NCBI GenBank assembly: GCA_963702425.1
Contig: CAVPCQ010000019.1
Span: forward strand, 32,001 to 96,000
DNA: 64,000 bases
Source of the DNA: an uncultured Acidobacteriota bacterium
GTDB lineage: Bacteria; Acidobacteriota; Polarisedimenticolia; J045
Direction: 5' to 3'
In this document: positions 22,358-35,300 of the stretch, piece by piece
How positions within the stretch are numbered: position 1 is the stretch's first letter
Layout: every line of letters starts with the position of its first letter
Program-made: the position numbers and the translations under genes
Notes under the pieces: model-generated
Told to the model about the DNA's origin: nothing
Database searches by the model: none
What the model saw: the letters and a program-made list of their open reading frames with translations, nothing else

Positions 22358-23584
22358 ATGACGTTCGTCGCGGTCTTCGTCGGCCTGGTCTTCCTCTACA
22401 GCCTCGTCTCGGGGCGGCTGGAGCGGACCGTTATCACCGCGCCGATCCTCTTCACCACCGCGGGACTGCTCCTGCAGCCGATCGCGGGGGAACTGCATCT
22501 TCCGGAGGGGAGCGTCTCCCTGTTCCTGCTCGTCGCCGAGGTCGGGCTGGTGCTCCTGCTGTTCACCGACGCCAGTCGCACCGACCTGGGCCTCCTCCGC
22601 GCGAGTGGGAGCCTGTCCGCGCGGCTGCTCGGCATCGGGATGCTGCCGACGATCCTGCTCGGCGCCGTGGCGGCGCGCGCCGTCTTCCCGGCGCTCTCCC
22701 TCTGGGAGGCGGGGATCCTGGGGGCGATCCTGGCCCCGACCGACGCCGGCCTCGGGCAGGTGGTCGTGAGCAGTCCGCGGGTGCCGGCCCGGATCCGGGA
22801 GGCACTGAACGTCGAGGCGGGACTCAACGACGGGCTCTCGGTCCCGTTCCTGCTGTTTTTCCTGGCCCTCGTCGTGGCGCGTACGGAGGGGTCGGGGACC
22901 GGCCTTTCGCAGTTCGTCGTGCAGCAGCTCGGGTATGGCGCGCTGATCGGGGCCGGGATCGGCCTCGCCGGGGGATGGCTGCTGGCGAGCGCGGACCGGC
23001 ACGGGTGGATGTCCTCGCCGATGCAGCAGCTCGGCGTCGTCTGCCTGCCCCTGCTCGGCCTGCTCGCCTCCGAGGCGGCCGGTGCCAGCATGTTCATCGC
23101 CGCGTTCGTCGCCGGACTGGCAGTGCAGGTGCGCTTCGGGGAGGCCGGCCGCCACAGCATCGAATTCGCGGAGAGCTGGGGCCAGCTGCTCAACCTCTCC
23201 GTCTTCTTCCTGTTCGGACTGCTGGTCGCCCGCGAAGCCGGGCTGCGCGACGCGCGGCTGGTGCTCTACGCTGTTCTCAGCCTGACCGTGGTGCGCATGC
23301 TGCCGGTCGCGCTCGCGCTCGTCGGCGCAGGGTTGAGCCGCGCGAGCGTGATCTTCATGGGCTGGTTCGGACCGCGGGGCCTGGCCTCCATCGTGCTGGG
23401 GTTGGTCTACCTCGAGCAGGAGACGCACACGCCGGGAGAGCCGACCATCCGGCTGGCGGTGATGATGACCGTGCTGCTGAGCATCTTTGCGCACGGCCTG
23501 AGCGCCAAGCCGGGGATCGATCGCTATGCCGCGAAGGTCTCGGCTCTCGGGCCGGGGGCGCCTGAGCACCAGGATCCCGCCTAG
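22358..23584 (+). CDS. Cation:proton antiporter (CPA1/NhaP-like)
   Basis: LLLFTDA, LAPTDAGLG, NVEAGLNDG and GWFGPRGLASIV motifs. Confidence 0.9.
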   Translation: MTFVAVFVGLVFLYSLVSGRLERTVITAPILFTTAGLLLQPIAGELHLPEGSVSLFLLVAEVGLVLLLFTDASRTDLGLLRASGSLSARLLGIGMLPTILLGAVAARAVFPALSLWEAGILGAILAPTDAGLGQVVVSSPRVPARIREALNVEAGLNDGLSVPFLLFFLALVVARTEGSGTGLSQFVVQQLGYGALIGAGIGLAGGWLLASADRHGWMSSPMQQLGVVCLPLLGLLASEAAGASMFIAAFVAGLAVQVRFGEAGRHSIEFAESWGQLLNLSVFFLFGLLVAREAGLRDARLVLYAVLSLTVVRMLPVALALVGAGLSRASVIFMGWFGPRGLASIVLGLVYLEQETHTPGEPTIRLAVMMTVLLSIFAHGLSAKPGIDRYAAKVSALGPGAPEHQDPA

Positions 23585-23648
23585 CGGGGGACTTCGGGAC
23601 GCCGGGGAGACCGGGCCGCAGCGGGGATCACGCAGCAGGCGTCCACGG

Positions 23649-24473
23649 TCAAAGCGCCCCCGCGGACCGGAGGAACGCTTCGATCCCGCTCCAGAACGCG
23701 TCCAGCTCGTCCACCGGCGGGCAGTCGTTGTGGTCGCAGTCCATCGCGACGAGCTGCGCCCGCTGCCCGGCCGCAGCCGCCAGCGCGCGACCGTGCTCGG
23801 GCGGGACGATCGTGTCGCGCTCGCCGTGGAGGATCAGCACCGGCGCCGTGGTCGCGCGCAGCGCGGCGAGGTTGTCGAACGGGTCGCGCACCATCGCTCG
23901 AGGAAGCAGGTAGCCGCGCGCCATGTCGACGACGCTGGTGAAGCCCGACTGCAGGATCATCGCCCGCGGCGGCCGGACGACCGCCAGCCCCAGCACGGCG
24001 GCGACGCCGAGCGAGCGGCCGTGGTAGACGATCCGCTCGCGGTCGACATCGGGCCGGGCGGCCAGCCCGTCGTAGAAGCGCGGGAAGTCCTCCGCGATCG
24101 CGGCCTCGGACGGCTTGCCGGCCGAGCGGCCGTAGCCGCGGTATTCCGGCAGCAGGACGTGGAAGCCCAGCGCCTGGTAGCGCCGGGCCTCCTCGACCCA
24201 GCGGTCGATCACCTCGGCGTTGCCGTGGGCGCAGATCACCGCGGGCCGGGGCGCGTCGGCCGACGCGCCGGGCGCCGGAAAGAACCAGCCTTCGACCGGC
24301 CCCTCAGGGCTGGCGACGTGCAGGACCTCGACCCCCGGCGGCGGCGCCGGCTCCTTCACGTAGCGCGGGAGATAGCGCGGGAAGAGGATCGCGCGCTGCA
24401 GCGACCACGCCAGCGCGTAGTAGCCCGCGGCGACCGCCAGGAGGACCAGGGCCAGCGTCGTAAGGCGCGCCAT
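23649..24473 (-). CDS. Alpha/beta hydrolase with N-terminal TM (ABHD17-like)
   Basis: HGNAE, EYRGYGRS, nucleophile GRSLG, HGERDTIVP and DHND. Confidence 0.88.
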   Translation of the reverse strand: MARLTTLALVLLAVAAGYYALAWSLQRAILFPRYLPRYVKEPAPPPGVEVLHVASPEGPVEGWFFPAPGASADAPRPAVICAHGNAEVIDRWVEEARRYQALGFHVLLPEYRGYGRSAGKPSEAAIAEDFPRFYDGLAARPDVDRERIVYHGRSLGVAAVLGLAVVRPPRAMILQSGFTSVVDMARGYLLPRAMVRDPFDNLAALRATTAPVLILHGERDTIVPPEHGRALAAAAGQRAQLVAMDCDHNDCPPVDELDAFWSGIEAFLRSAGAL

Positions 24474-24511
24474 CCGCGCATTCTAGTCGCGCTTTCGGCT
24501 ACCATGCGCGG

Positions 24512-25009
24512 ATGGAAGGAACGGGCCACGACGCGGTGACGGCGCGCCTCCCCGGCGAGTTCGCGGTGGTGCTGGTCGGCATCCGCCTCAACCGCTGGTG
24601 GCGGGTCGACCACTGGCTCTGGGCGCGGCGCGCGATGCGTGGCCTGATGAAGGACCTGGCGTCCGACCCCTCGTGGGGCCTGCTCGGCTACCAGGAGTGG
24701 AGCGGCGCGCGCTTCCTGACCATGGTGCAGTACTGGAGGTCGTTCGAGGACCTCGTCCGCTGGTCGCGCGTTCCGAAGGGGGCGCACCGCACCGTCTGGA
24801 CCGAGTACACCCGACGTCTCGCCGCGTCGGGCGCTGTCGGGATCTGGCACGAAACATACGTCGCCGGGCCGGGGCGCTACGAGACGGTCTACACCAACGT
24901 GCCACCGACCGGCCTGGGGCGGATCGTGGCCCCAGAGGTCGCGATCAAGCGACTGGGGACGGCGGTGGGGCGGATGCGCGCGACGCTCGATCCCACAGAA
25001 CCTTCGTGA
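24512..25009 (+). CDS. DUF4188 family protein (monooxygenase/dehydratase-like)
   Basis: VVLVGIRLNRWW, VQYWRSFEDL, VGIWHETY and YETVYTNVPPTGLG motifs. Confidence 0.8.
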   Translation: MEGTGHDAVTARLPGEFAVVLVGIRLNRWWRVDHWLWARRAMRGLMKDLASDPSWGLLGYQEWSGARFLTMVQYWRSFEDLVRWSRVPKGAHRTVWTEYTRRLAASGAVGIWHETYVAGPGRYETVYTNVPPTGLGRIVAPEVAIKRLGTAVGRMRATLDPTEPS

Positions 25010-25844
25010 CCACCGCGCCCAGCAGGTAGACCAGCGCCGAGTACTGCACCCACAGCACGAGCGCGATGATCGACCACGCGGTCCCGTACATCGACGCCAG
25101 GATCGAGCGGCCGATCAGCGCGCCGACGATGCCGTTGCCGATCGCGAGCAGGATCGCGGTCACGAAGGCCGCCGGGTAGACAAAGACGCGCGGCGGCCGT
25201 CGCATCGCGAGCAGCCGCCACGAGATCCCGATCAGCAGCGTCACCAGCGTCAGCGACACGACGAAGTGCAGCCGGCGCAGCGAGGGGAGCGCGAAGTACT
25301 CCTCCGCGCCGGGCAGGACGCGCTCATGCAGGAAGGCGATCCCGGCGTTGGCGAAGAGCAGCGCCACGAACAGCGCCGCCGTCACGATCACCATCGCGAT
25401 CGCGACCACGTAGGTGCTCACGATCCGCCACAGCACGGGCGGCCGCTCCGCGCGCGGGGGCCGGCCGAAGATCACGGCGAGCGAGCGGCGGTTCTGCAGG
25501 AAGATCGACATCCCGGCGATGGCGAGAACGACCAGTTGGGTCCACCACGACCACGAGGTCGGTTTGCCCGAGGCCTTGAGCTGCAGGACCCAGGAGACCA
25601 GCTTCTCCGCCTCGGATCCGGCGAACGATCGCACGCTCGCCAGGAACTCCTGGCCCGCCTCGGGGTTCGGGAAGAAGGCCGCGATCGTCTCGAGCGCGAA
25701 CAGCAGCAGCGGGACGACCGAGAGCAGCGCGAACGCGGAGATCGCGGCGGCGTGCGTGGAGAGCTGGACGCGGGATGACTCGTGCGCGACGTCGCGCACG
25801 AAATCGCACAGCGTGCGCCAGGCCCGGGCCGCCCGTCCCGTCAT
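24945..25844 (-). CDS. YihY/virulence factor BrkB family membrane protein
   Basis: AAAISAFALLSVVPLLL at the N-terminus and YGTAWSIIALVLWVQYSALVYLLGA at the C-terminus. Confidence 0.85.
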   Translation of the reverse strand: MTGRAARAWRTLCDFVRDVAHESSRVQLSTHAAAISAFALLSVVPLLLFALETIAAFFPNPEAGQEFLASVRSFAGSEAEKLVSWVLQLKASGKPTSWSWWTQLVVLAIAGMSIFLQNRRSLAVIFGRPPRAERPPVLWRIVSTYVVAIAMVIVTAALFVALLFANAGIAFLHERVLPGAEEYFALPSLRRLHFVVSLTLVTLLIGISWRLLAMRRPPRVFVYPAAFVTAILLAIGNGIVGALIGRSILASMYGTAWSIIALVLWVQYSALVYLLGAVVTKVLWDRASRASAPPPSPVA

Positions 25845-25891
25845 CGATCTCGGCACCGATCTCGCATCCTGCGAACTGCGCCGGGCCGCCG

Positions 25892-29204
<3,313 letters not shown>

Positions 29205-29264
29205 CGGTTTCTCCAGGGAGGCGCGTGGGATGGGTGGCATGGTAGTGCCGCCACCGCGCGAATT

Positions 29265-29290
29265 GTAGGGGCCGTCCTCCGTGGCGGCCC
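29265..29290 (+). repeat. GTAG-type REP element
   Basis: GTAG-GGGCCGTC-CTCCGT-GGCGGCCC, same architecture as the copies at 1290-1512 and 50215-50299. Confidence 0.75.
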
Positions 29291-29507
29291 GCTCGGCGCC
29301 TGCCGACGGGCGGGCCAGCACTCCCCGCGGCCGGCGCCTGGCCGGTTCCGGAACGCGGGTTCGCTTCGCGAAGTCGAAGCGGGGCCCCGGTCGGCCCCTG
29401 CGCTCCCTGGGCCGCGCCTCTGGTATCTTCTGCCTGCCTGCTGCGCGGAATTCCCGCGCGGCAGCCGATACCCGCGGTCTCGGCAACCGCCAGAACGGAG
29501 GATTTCC

Positions 29508-29882
29508 ATGGGCCTGATGCAGGAATTCAAAGAGTTCGCGATGAAGGGCAACGTCGTCGACATGGCGGTCGGCATCGTCATCGGCGGCGCGTTCGGCAAG
29601 CTCGTCAGCTCCTTCGTCGACAACGTCCTGATGCCGCCGATCGGGCTGCTGCTCGGGGGCATCAACTTCTCGACGTGGGGGATCCAGCTGACGGACGGCG
29701 TCAACTGGAAGGTGGGCGCGTTCATCCAGACCGTGATCGACTTCACGATCATCGCCTTCGCGCTGTTCATGGTCATCCGGGTGATGAACAAGCTCCGTGC
29801 GCCGGCCCCGCCCGCGCCGGCTCCGGTGGTTCCGGACGACGTCAAGCTGCTGACCGAGATCCGCGACCTGCTGAAGAAGTAG
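29508..29882 (+). CDS. mscL: Large-conductance mechanosensitive channel
   Basis: [30 protein letters not shown]...[11 protein letters not shown], with a GGAGG RBS. Confidence 0.97.
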   Translation: MGLMQEFKEFAMKGNVVDMAVGIVIGGAFGKLVSSFVDNVLMPPIGLLLGGINFSTWGIQLTDGVNWKVGAFIQTVIDFTIIAFALFMVIRVMNKLRAPAPPAPAPVVPDDVKLLTEIRDLLKK

Positions 29883-29906
29883 CGCGAAGCGAAGTGAGCG
29901 CATCGG

Positions 29907-29934
29907 CGGGCGGGGCCACGACCCCGCCCGTTTC
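29907..29934 (+). terminator. Probable intrinsic terminator of mscL
   Basis: Perfect 9-bp stem CGGGCGGGG/CCCCGCCCG followed by TTTC. Confidence 0.6.
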
Positions 29935-30105
29935 ACATTCCGGCGGAGGGTGCAAGGCGTTCGGGGAACGGCGCAATCGCGGCCACGAACTCCGCCGGCC
30001 GCTTCTCGTGCGGGATGTGCCCGGCGCCTTTCAGCCCGATCAGCTCGGCCCCGGGACGCAGCCCGGCGACGCGGCGGCTCGCGGCGGGCGCGGAGGGCTG
30101 CCTGA
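29933..30105 (-). pseudogene. Remnant: C-terminal end of an alpha/beta hydrolase
   Basis: RRVAGLRPGAELIGLKGAGHIPHEKRPAEFVAAIAPF is the catalytic-His segment. No N-terminal part is found upstream. Confidence 0.55.
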
Positions 30106-30357
30106 GGCTTGACCGGAGCGGCTGCGGGGGCGCAGACTCCTCGCGATTCGCGCGGTCGAGGGTCCTCGTCGACCCCGGAAATGCCAACCCGGCCCCGCGA
30201 GTCAGGTCGTGACGATGAGCACTGCAGCAATTCGACGGCTGCTCGACGAGATCCCCCGATCTCGTCGGGAGTGTCGTGTTTCGGCTGCCGACGTGCCCCC
30301 CCGCTCGGACGACTCGAGTCCAGCACGGCCCTCGGGATCACGGGAAAAGGAGGAGGG

Positions 30358-30900
30358 ATGAGGAGACTCGGGCTGCTTCTGCTCGCGCCGCTCCTGATTT
30401 CGGGCGCCCTCGCCCAGGAGAGCGCGAGCTTCCAGGTCACCGAGAGCAACTGGAACGCCGGAGGTCATCCACACGATGGCGTCGTGCTCGCGTCCTCCCG
30501 CTTCCGCGTGACGCTGGACGGGATCGGCGAGTCCGCTCCACCGACCTCGATACGCAGTGCCTCGTATGCCGTGATGCTCGGCTTCGTGGGCCAGTTTCCG
30601 AGCCCCGGCGAGGTCGTCGGTCTGGAGTTTCCCGACGCGGTGAGCCTGGCCTGGGCTCCCGAGCGGTCCGCCGGAATCTACAACGTGTACCGCGACGATC
30701 TCGGCGCCCTGTCGGGCGGCGGGTCTGGGGCGTGCTGGCAGGCCGGCCTCGTCGCGCCGGCGACCACGGATCCACAGGCGCCCGCGAGCGGCCAGGGGGC
30801 GTTCTACCTGGTGACCGTGGAGAACCGCCTCGGAGAGGAGTCGACGAAGGGTTGGGCGAGCGACGGAACGGAGCGCTCCAACACCGCACCGTGTCCTTGA
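30358..30900 (+). CDS. Small secreted protein with C-terminal FN3-like domain ending in Cys-Pro
   Basis: AGGAGG RBS, signal peptide MRRLGLLLLAPLLISGALA, and YNVYR...C...TTD...FYLV..EN..GE...CP. Confidence 0.75.
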   Translation: MRRLGLLLLAPLLISGALAQESASFQVTESNWNAGGHPHDGVVLASSRFRVTLDGIGESAPPTSIRSASYAVMLGFVGQFPSPGEVVGLEFPDAVSLAWAPERSAGIYNVYRDDLGALSGGGSGACWQAGLVAPATTDPQAPASGQGAFYLVTVENRLGEESTKGWASDGTERSNTAPCP

Positions 30901-30914
30901 CGGAGGGGATCCTC

Positions 30915-32138
30915 ATGAGACGCATTGCAATCGCCGTGGCCATCCTGTCGTGCGCTCTGAGCGTGACGCCGGCAGCCCAGCCGCCGAGCTTCCTCAACTA
31001 CCAGGGCGTGCTCCGCGACAGCGGTGGAACGCCGCTCGACGGGACGTTCCCCATGATCTTCCGTTTCTTCACTGTCGAGACGGGCGGGCAGTCGATCCTA
31101 GCGGACCAGCATGCGGCCGTGGAGGTCGTGGCCGGCCTCTTCTCGGTCCGGGTCGGCAGCGGTGTCGTGTCTGACGGGGCGGCACCCGGCACCTACGCCG
31201 ACGTCGCGAGAGTCTTCGCGGACTTCTCGGTTCTCTTCCTGGAGCTCGAGATCTCCGGCGAGGTGCTCGCACCGCGCACGCCGCTCGCTTCGGGGGGATA
31301 TGCGCTCAACGCGCGTTATGTCAACGGGGTGGAAGTCGCCGCCTCGGACGCGCTCGATCTCTACGTCGATGCTTTGATGGGGAACGACGACAACGACGGG
31401 CTGAAGCGGGGGACGCCCAAGCGGACGATCCAGGCGGCGATCGACCGCATTCCGGCGATCCTCCGGGGCGATGTCACGGTCCACATCAACCCCGGCACCT
31501 ATGCGGAGGCAGTCGCGTTGCTCGACCGGAATCTTCCCGCGGACTCGAGCATCACCCTGCGCGGAGAGGCGCCGGGAGTCCGGATCACGGGGGAACGGAC
31601 CCGGCCCATCGGCCTGGAGGTCCGCAGCGTCAGGGACTTCGTGATCGAGAATCTCGAAGTCACCGACACCACGAGCTACAACGTGCAGACGACCGACGCC
31701 TCGGGCACGATCCGGTCGTGCGTGTTGACGTCGACGGCCACACCGAGTCTGGGGGCCGGAATCCTCGTGTCGCGAGGCTTCGTCACGGTGGAGCAGAGCA
31801 CGCTCTCCAACCACGCCGTCGAAGGGATCGTCTGCTCGTCCGCCGCGCGGTGCTTCCTCGACGACGTCACCATCACCGGCAATGGCCGCGGCATCGACGT
31901 GCTGCGGGGCAGCATGGTCCGCTTCGTCGGGCGGGCCAGCGTCACGGGCAACTCCGTCGGATGCCGCGCCTTCGGCCACGGCCAGGTCGACTTCGGTTAC
32001 CGGGCGGACGTTCAGGTGACGGGCAACGCCGGCTACGACCTGCAGGCCCGTTTTCTCGGGGCGATCTACGGCTACGTCAACGCGCCCGTGGGGACGTGCG
32101 TAGCCCTCGACAACTCCGTCTGCAGCCCGACCTACTGA
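30915..32138 (+). CDS. Secreted protein: N-terminal 'NYQG.L' domain plus right-handed beta-helix
   Basis: Signal peptide, LNYQGVLRDSGG..GLFSVRVG..LELEISGEVLAPRTPL, YVDALMGNDDNDG...TIQAAID..PGTYAE, then ~22-aa beta-helix repeats. Confidence 0.75.
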   Translation: MRRIAIAVAILSCALSVTPAAQPPSFLNYQGVLRDSGGTPLDGTFPMIFRFFTVETGGQSILADQHAAVEVVAGLFSVRVGSGVVSDGAAPGTYADVARVFADFSVLFLELEISGEVLAPRTPLASGGYALNARYVNGVEVAASDALDLYVDALMGNDDNDGLKRGTPKRTIQAAIDRIPAILRGDVTVHINPGTYAEAVALLDRNLPADSSITLRGEAPGVRITGERTRPIGLEVRSVRDFVIENLEVTDTTSYNVQTTDASGTIRSCVLTSTATPSLGAGILVSRGFVTVEQSTLSNHAVEGIVCSSAARCFLDDVTITGNGRGIDVLRGSMVRFVGRASVTGNSVGCRAFGHGQVDFGYRADVQVTGNAGYDLQARFLGAIYGYVNAPVGTCVALDNSVCSPTY

Positions 32139-32349
32139 GACGCATCGACGAGCCGGCGTGCTGCGTTCGGCGGAGCCGCCGGCTGGGGCGCCGGGCCGCA
32201 AGGGCGACGGCGCGTTGCCGGCATGCGAGAGAAGAGTTGTGGGGCGACCATCGGTATGCCGGCGCAAAACCGAACCGGTCCGTCGAGTCCGTCGAGGAAT
32301 GGGCAGGCGGCCGCGGCCCGGGAGGACCGCGACCGCCCTGAACCCTGAA

Positions 32350-35300
32350 TCAGGGGCAGCGCTGCGGGGAGGCGTAGTAGTTCCCCGGCTTGATCATCGT
32401 GTCGGTGGTGGAGTTGCCTCCGCAGTCCGTCGCCGTGACGGTGACGACGGGGTTGCTCCAACGCCGCCGGCCGCAGAGCCGCACGAGCCGGCACATCTCG
32501 TCCTCGGCGGCGGGAAGGACCTCGTCCAGCAGCACGCCGTCCCCGTCGCCAAAGCTGAGACCGTCGTACACCACGCAGCCGTCGACGGCGATCGTCTCGT
32601 GCACGACCGACCCGGTCGCGCGGTCGTCGTCGCCGGAGGTGAAGAACGCTGCGAACGGGATGAACCGCGGGAAGGTCCAGCGCGAAGGCAGCACGAGGAT
32701 GTCGACGGTCGGAGGCACTGTGTCGATCGTGAAGAGGACGGTGTCCTCGGCGGCGGCGTTCCCGGAGGCGTCGCTGGCGACCAGGCCGACGGTCCAGTCG
32801 CCGTGCTCGGAGTAGACCGCGCCCTGAGGCAGGCTGTAGGAGCGCGTGACCTCCCCGGTGCACGAGTCCGTGTAGTCGTCGGTGACGATGACCGGAAGCG
32901 CCGCCCGGCCGAAGCACTGCCCGTCGGAAGGCGCCGTGATCCGGCCGGTCGGTGGCGTCAGGTCGGCCACCGTCACGAACAGCTCGTCGGCGCTGGTGTC
33001 GGCCTGCGTGTCCGTGATCCGCAGGGTGATCGCGTGCGCTCCGACCGGCAGATTGACGGCGAGCCGCTCGCCTTCACCGAGCAGCGTGTCGCCCTCGTGC
33101 CATTGGTAGAGCGCGATTGCGTCGCGGCCATCGACGTGCCTGGACGAGGAGCCGTCGAGCGTCACGCTCGCGCCGCCCCCGCCGTCGCACTCGACGACCT
33201 GGTCGGGTCCGCCCTGGGCGATCAGCCGGACGACCGCCAGGTGCACCGGGACGGTGAGGCGCGGGGTGGTGGGATCGTTGCTCTCGAGCACGAGGTCGGC
33301 CGTGTAGTCGTTCGGCGTGATCTGACGTGCGTCGAATGTGACGGCGAGGTCCAGCGACGCCTCCGCGGGGACGGTGCCGGACAGCGGATCGACGGTGATC
33401 CAGCGCCGGGCGGCTCCGTAGGAGAAGGGGATCATGTTGACGAGCAGGAGGCCGCCGCTGTTGTTGTAGCTGTAGAGGTATTCGAGCGACTGGCCCGAGG
33501 CGACGACGAGTCCGGCTCCGTGGGAGTAGACGACGAGCGTCGGGCGCCGGTACTCGTCCTCAGCGAGCAGCGTCGCATCGGCGGGTATGGCGCTGAAGTA
33601 GGCGAGGCTGACGCCAGCGAGATAGATCGGCGACGGCACACCGGCCACGATCGGGTGGGTCTCGTCCAGGAGAAAGTTCATGGTGGCGAGGCCGCTCACG
33701 GCGGTCAGACCGCCCGGGACGGGAACGAGTGACGAATCGCCGTACTGCCAGCCGCCGTCTGCGGCGTGGAACTCGAGCACTCCCCCGCGCGACACGAACT
33801 CGTCCAGCTTCTGACCGAGGCCGGAGAGGTTGACGTAGAAGTCGTTCGGTTGATCGGACGACAGGATGACGACGAGATAGTTCGACAGATCGGTCGCGGC
33901 GAACGCCGAGGACGGGATCAGGTCGTATGGGATCCCGTCGAGATCCATGATCTGCGCGCTGGCGCTCACATCCCACGGCGGTATGTCCTCGACGAGGAGG
34001 ACCTTGGCCCCGTCCATCGTGCGCGGTGGCGTGGCCCGTTGCACGAAGCCTGCAGGGCGCGTGTCGCAGCGGTCCGGCGTCCCCTCGGGCGCCGGCGGCA
34101 ACCCGGCGCGGGCCGAGTTCTGGACGATCGCGACGTCGAAGCGCAGATCACTCCCGCCGCCGTTGTCGACCGCGAGCTGGAGCGTGGTGAACTCGCCCGG
34201 GAGCAGCCGCTCGAAGAGCGCGTCGGGCCGTGTCGAGATTTCCGGCGGGATCAGCCCGACCCCCTCGAGCGGGAGCGTCAACTCGGGCCGAACCGGGTCG
34301 TTGCTCGTGATCCGCAGCGTGCCCTGGAGAGGCCCCTCGGCCGCAGGGGAGTAGACCACCGGCACGAGCGCGAGCGAGCGCGGCGGGATCTCCAGCGCGG
34401 TCACGAGCGGGACCACCTCGCTCTGGTCGGAGGCGATCGATGAGATCACGAGCGTTTCCGTCCCGCTGTTGACCAGTTCCAGCTGCAGTTCCCGCGAAGT
34501 TCCGAGGAAGACCGGACCGAAGTCGAGGCGGTCGGAGGGCCCGAAGAACGCGATGCGCACTGTGTGCTGATTGACGGCACAGAAGCTGTCGACGCTGTAC
34601 GAGTTCATGACCGAGACGTCGACCTGTCCATCGGCGGCCAGTTCGGTCAGGGTGGCCTCGTCGATCGCGAATCTCCCTGAGGCCGGGTAGCAATCGGTAC
34701 CGGTCCCGCCGACGGAGCCCAGGGGGTGTCCCTCGGCGGAGGCCGTTGCCAACTCGCTCGGCCAGCCGTAGTCCCCCTCCGCGACGAGTTCCAGCTCGGC
34801 GTCGGTCACGGCGACATCGGGCACCGGGAAGCGATGCCCAGTCGCCGCACCGGATTGGTAGTAGGGCACCGTGGACTCTGCGTCGATTCGCGAGCCGCGC
34901 ACCTCGATGCGCGGCAAACCGGTGACGTGGAGCTGGATCGGAACGAGGACCCGAGGCTCGTCCGGGTCGTTGCTGGCGACCTCGAGGTCCGCCGCGTAGT
35001 CGCCGCCGAACAGGCCGGTGGCGTCGAAGGTCACCGCGAGATCGAGCCGTTCGCCCGCGGGAACCACCGCGATCTGCGGCTCGACGCGCAGCCAGGGAGG
35101 AGGCTCCTCGGCGGCGATCACGATCTCGTCCCACCAGGCTTCCGAGCCGGGCGACCAGTTGTAGAGATCGAGCCGCGCGACGTCGGTCGTGCTGTCCGCG
35201 TTGCGGAGCGGAATGCCGGACCTCACGAGCTGGCCGTTCACGAAGTAGTCGAAGCGCTTCGAGGCGAAGTCGACGTTGCGGAACTCGATGTGGTACCAGA

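Noticed and set aside
24945-25009. Functional significance of convergent 3' overlaps (DUF4188/yihY, also ogt/IYD)
   Set aside because: Short convergent overlaps are common in GC-rich genomes where stop codons are scarce.
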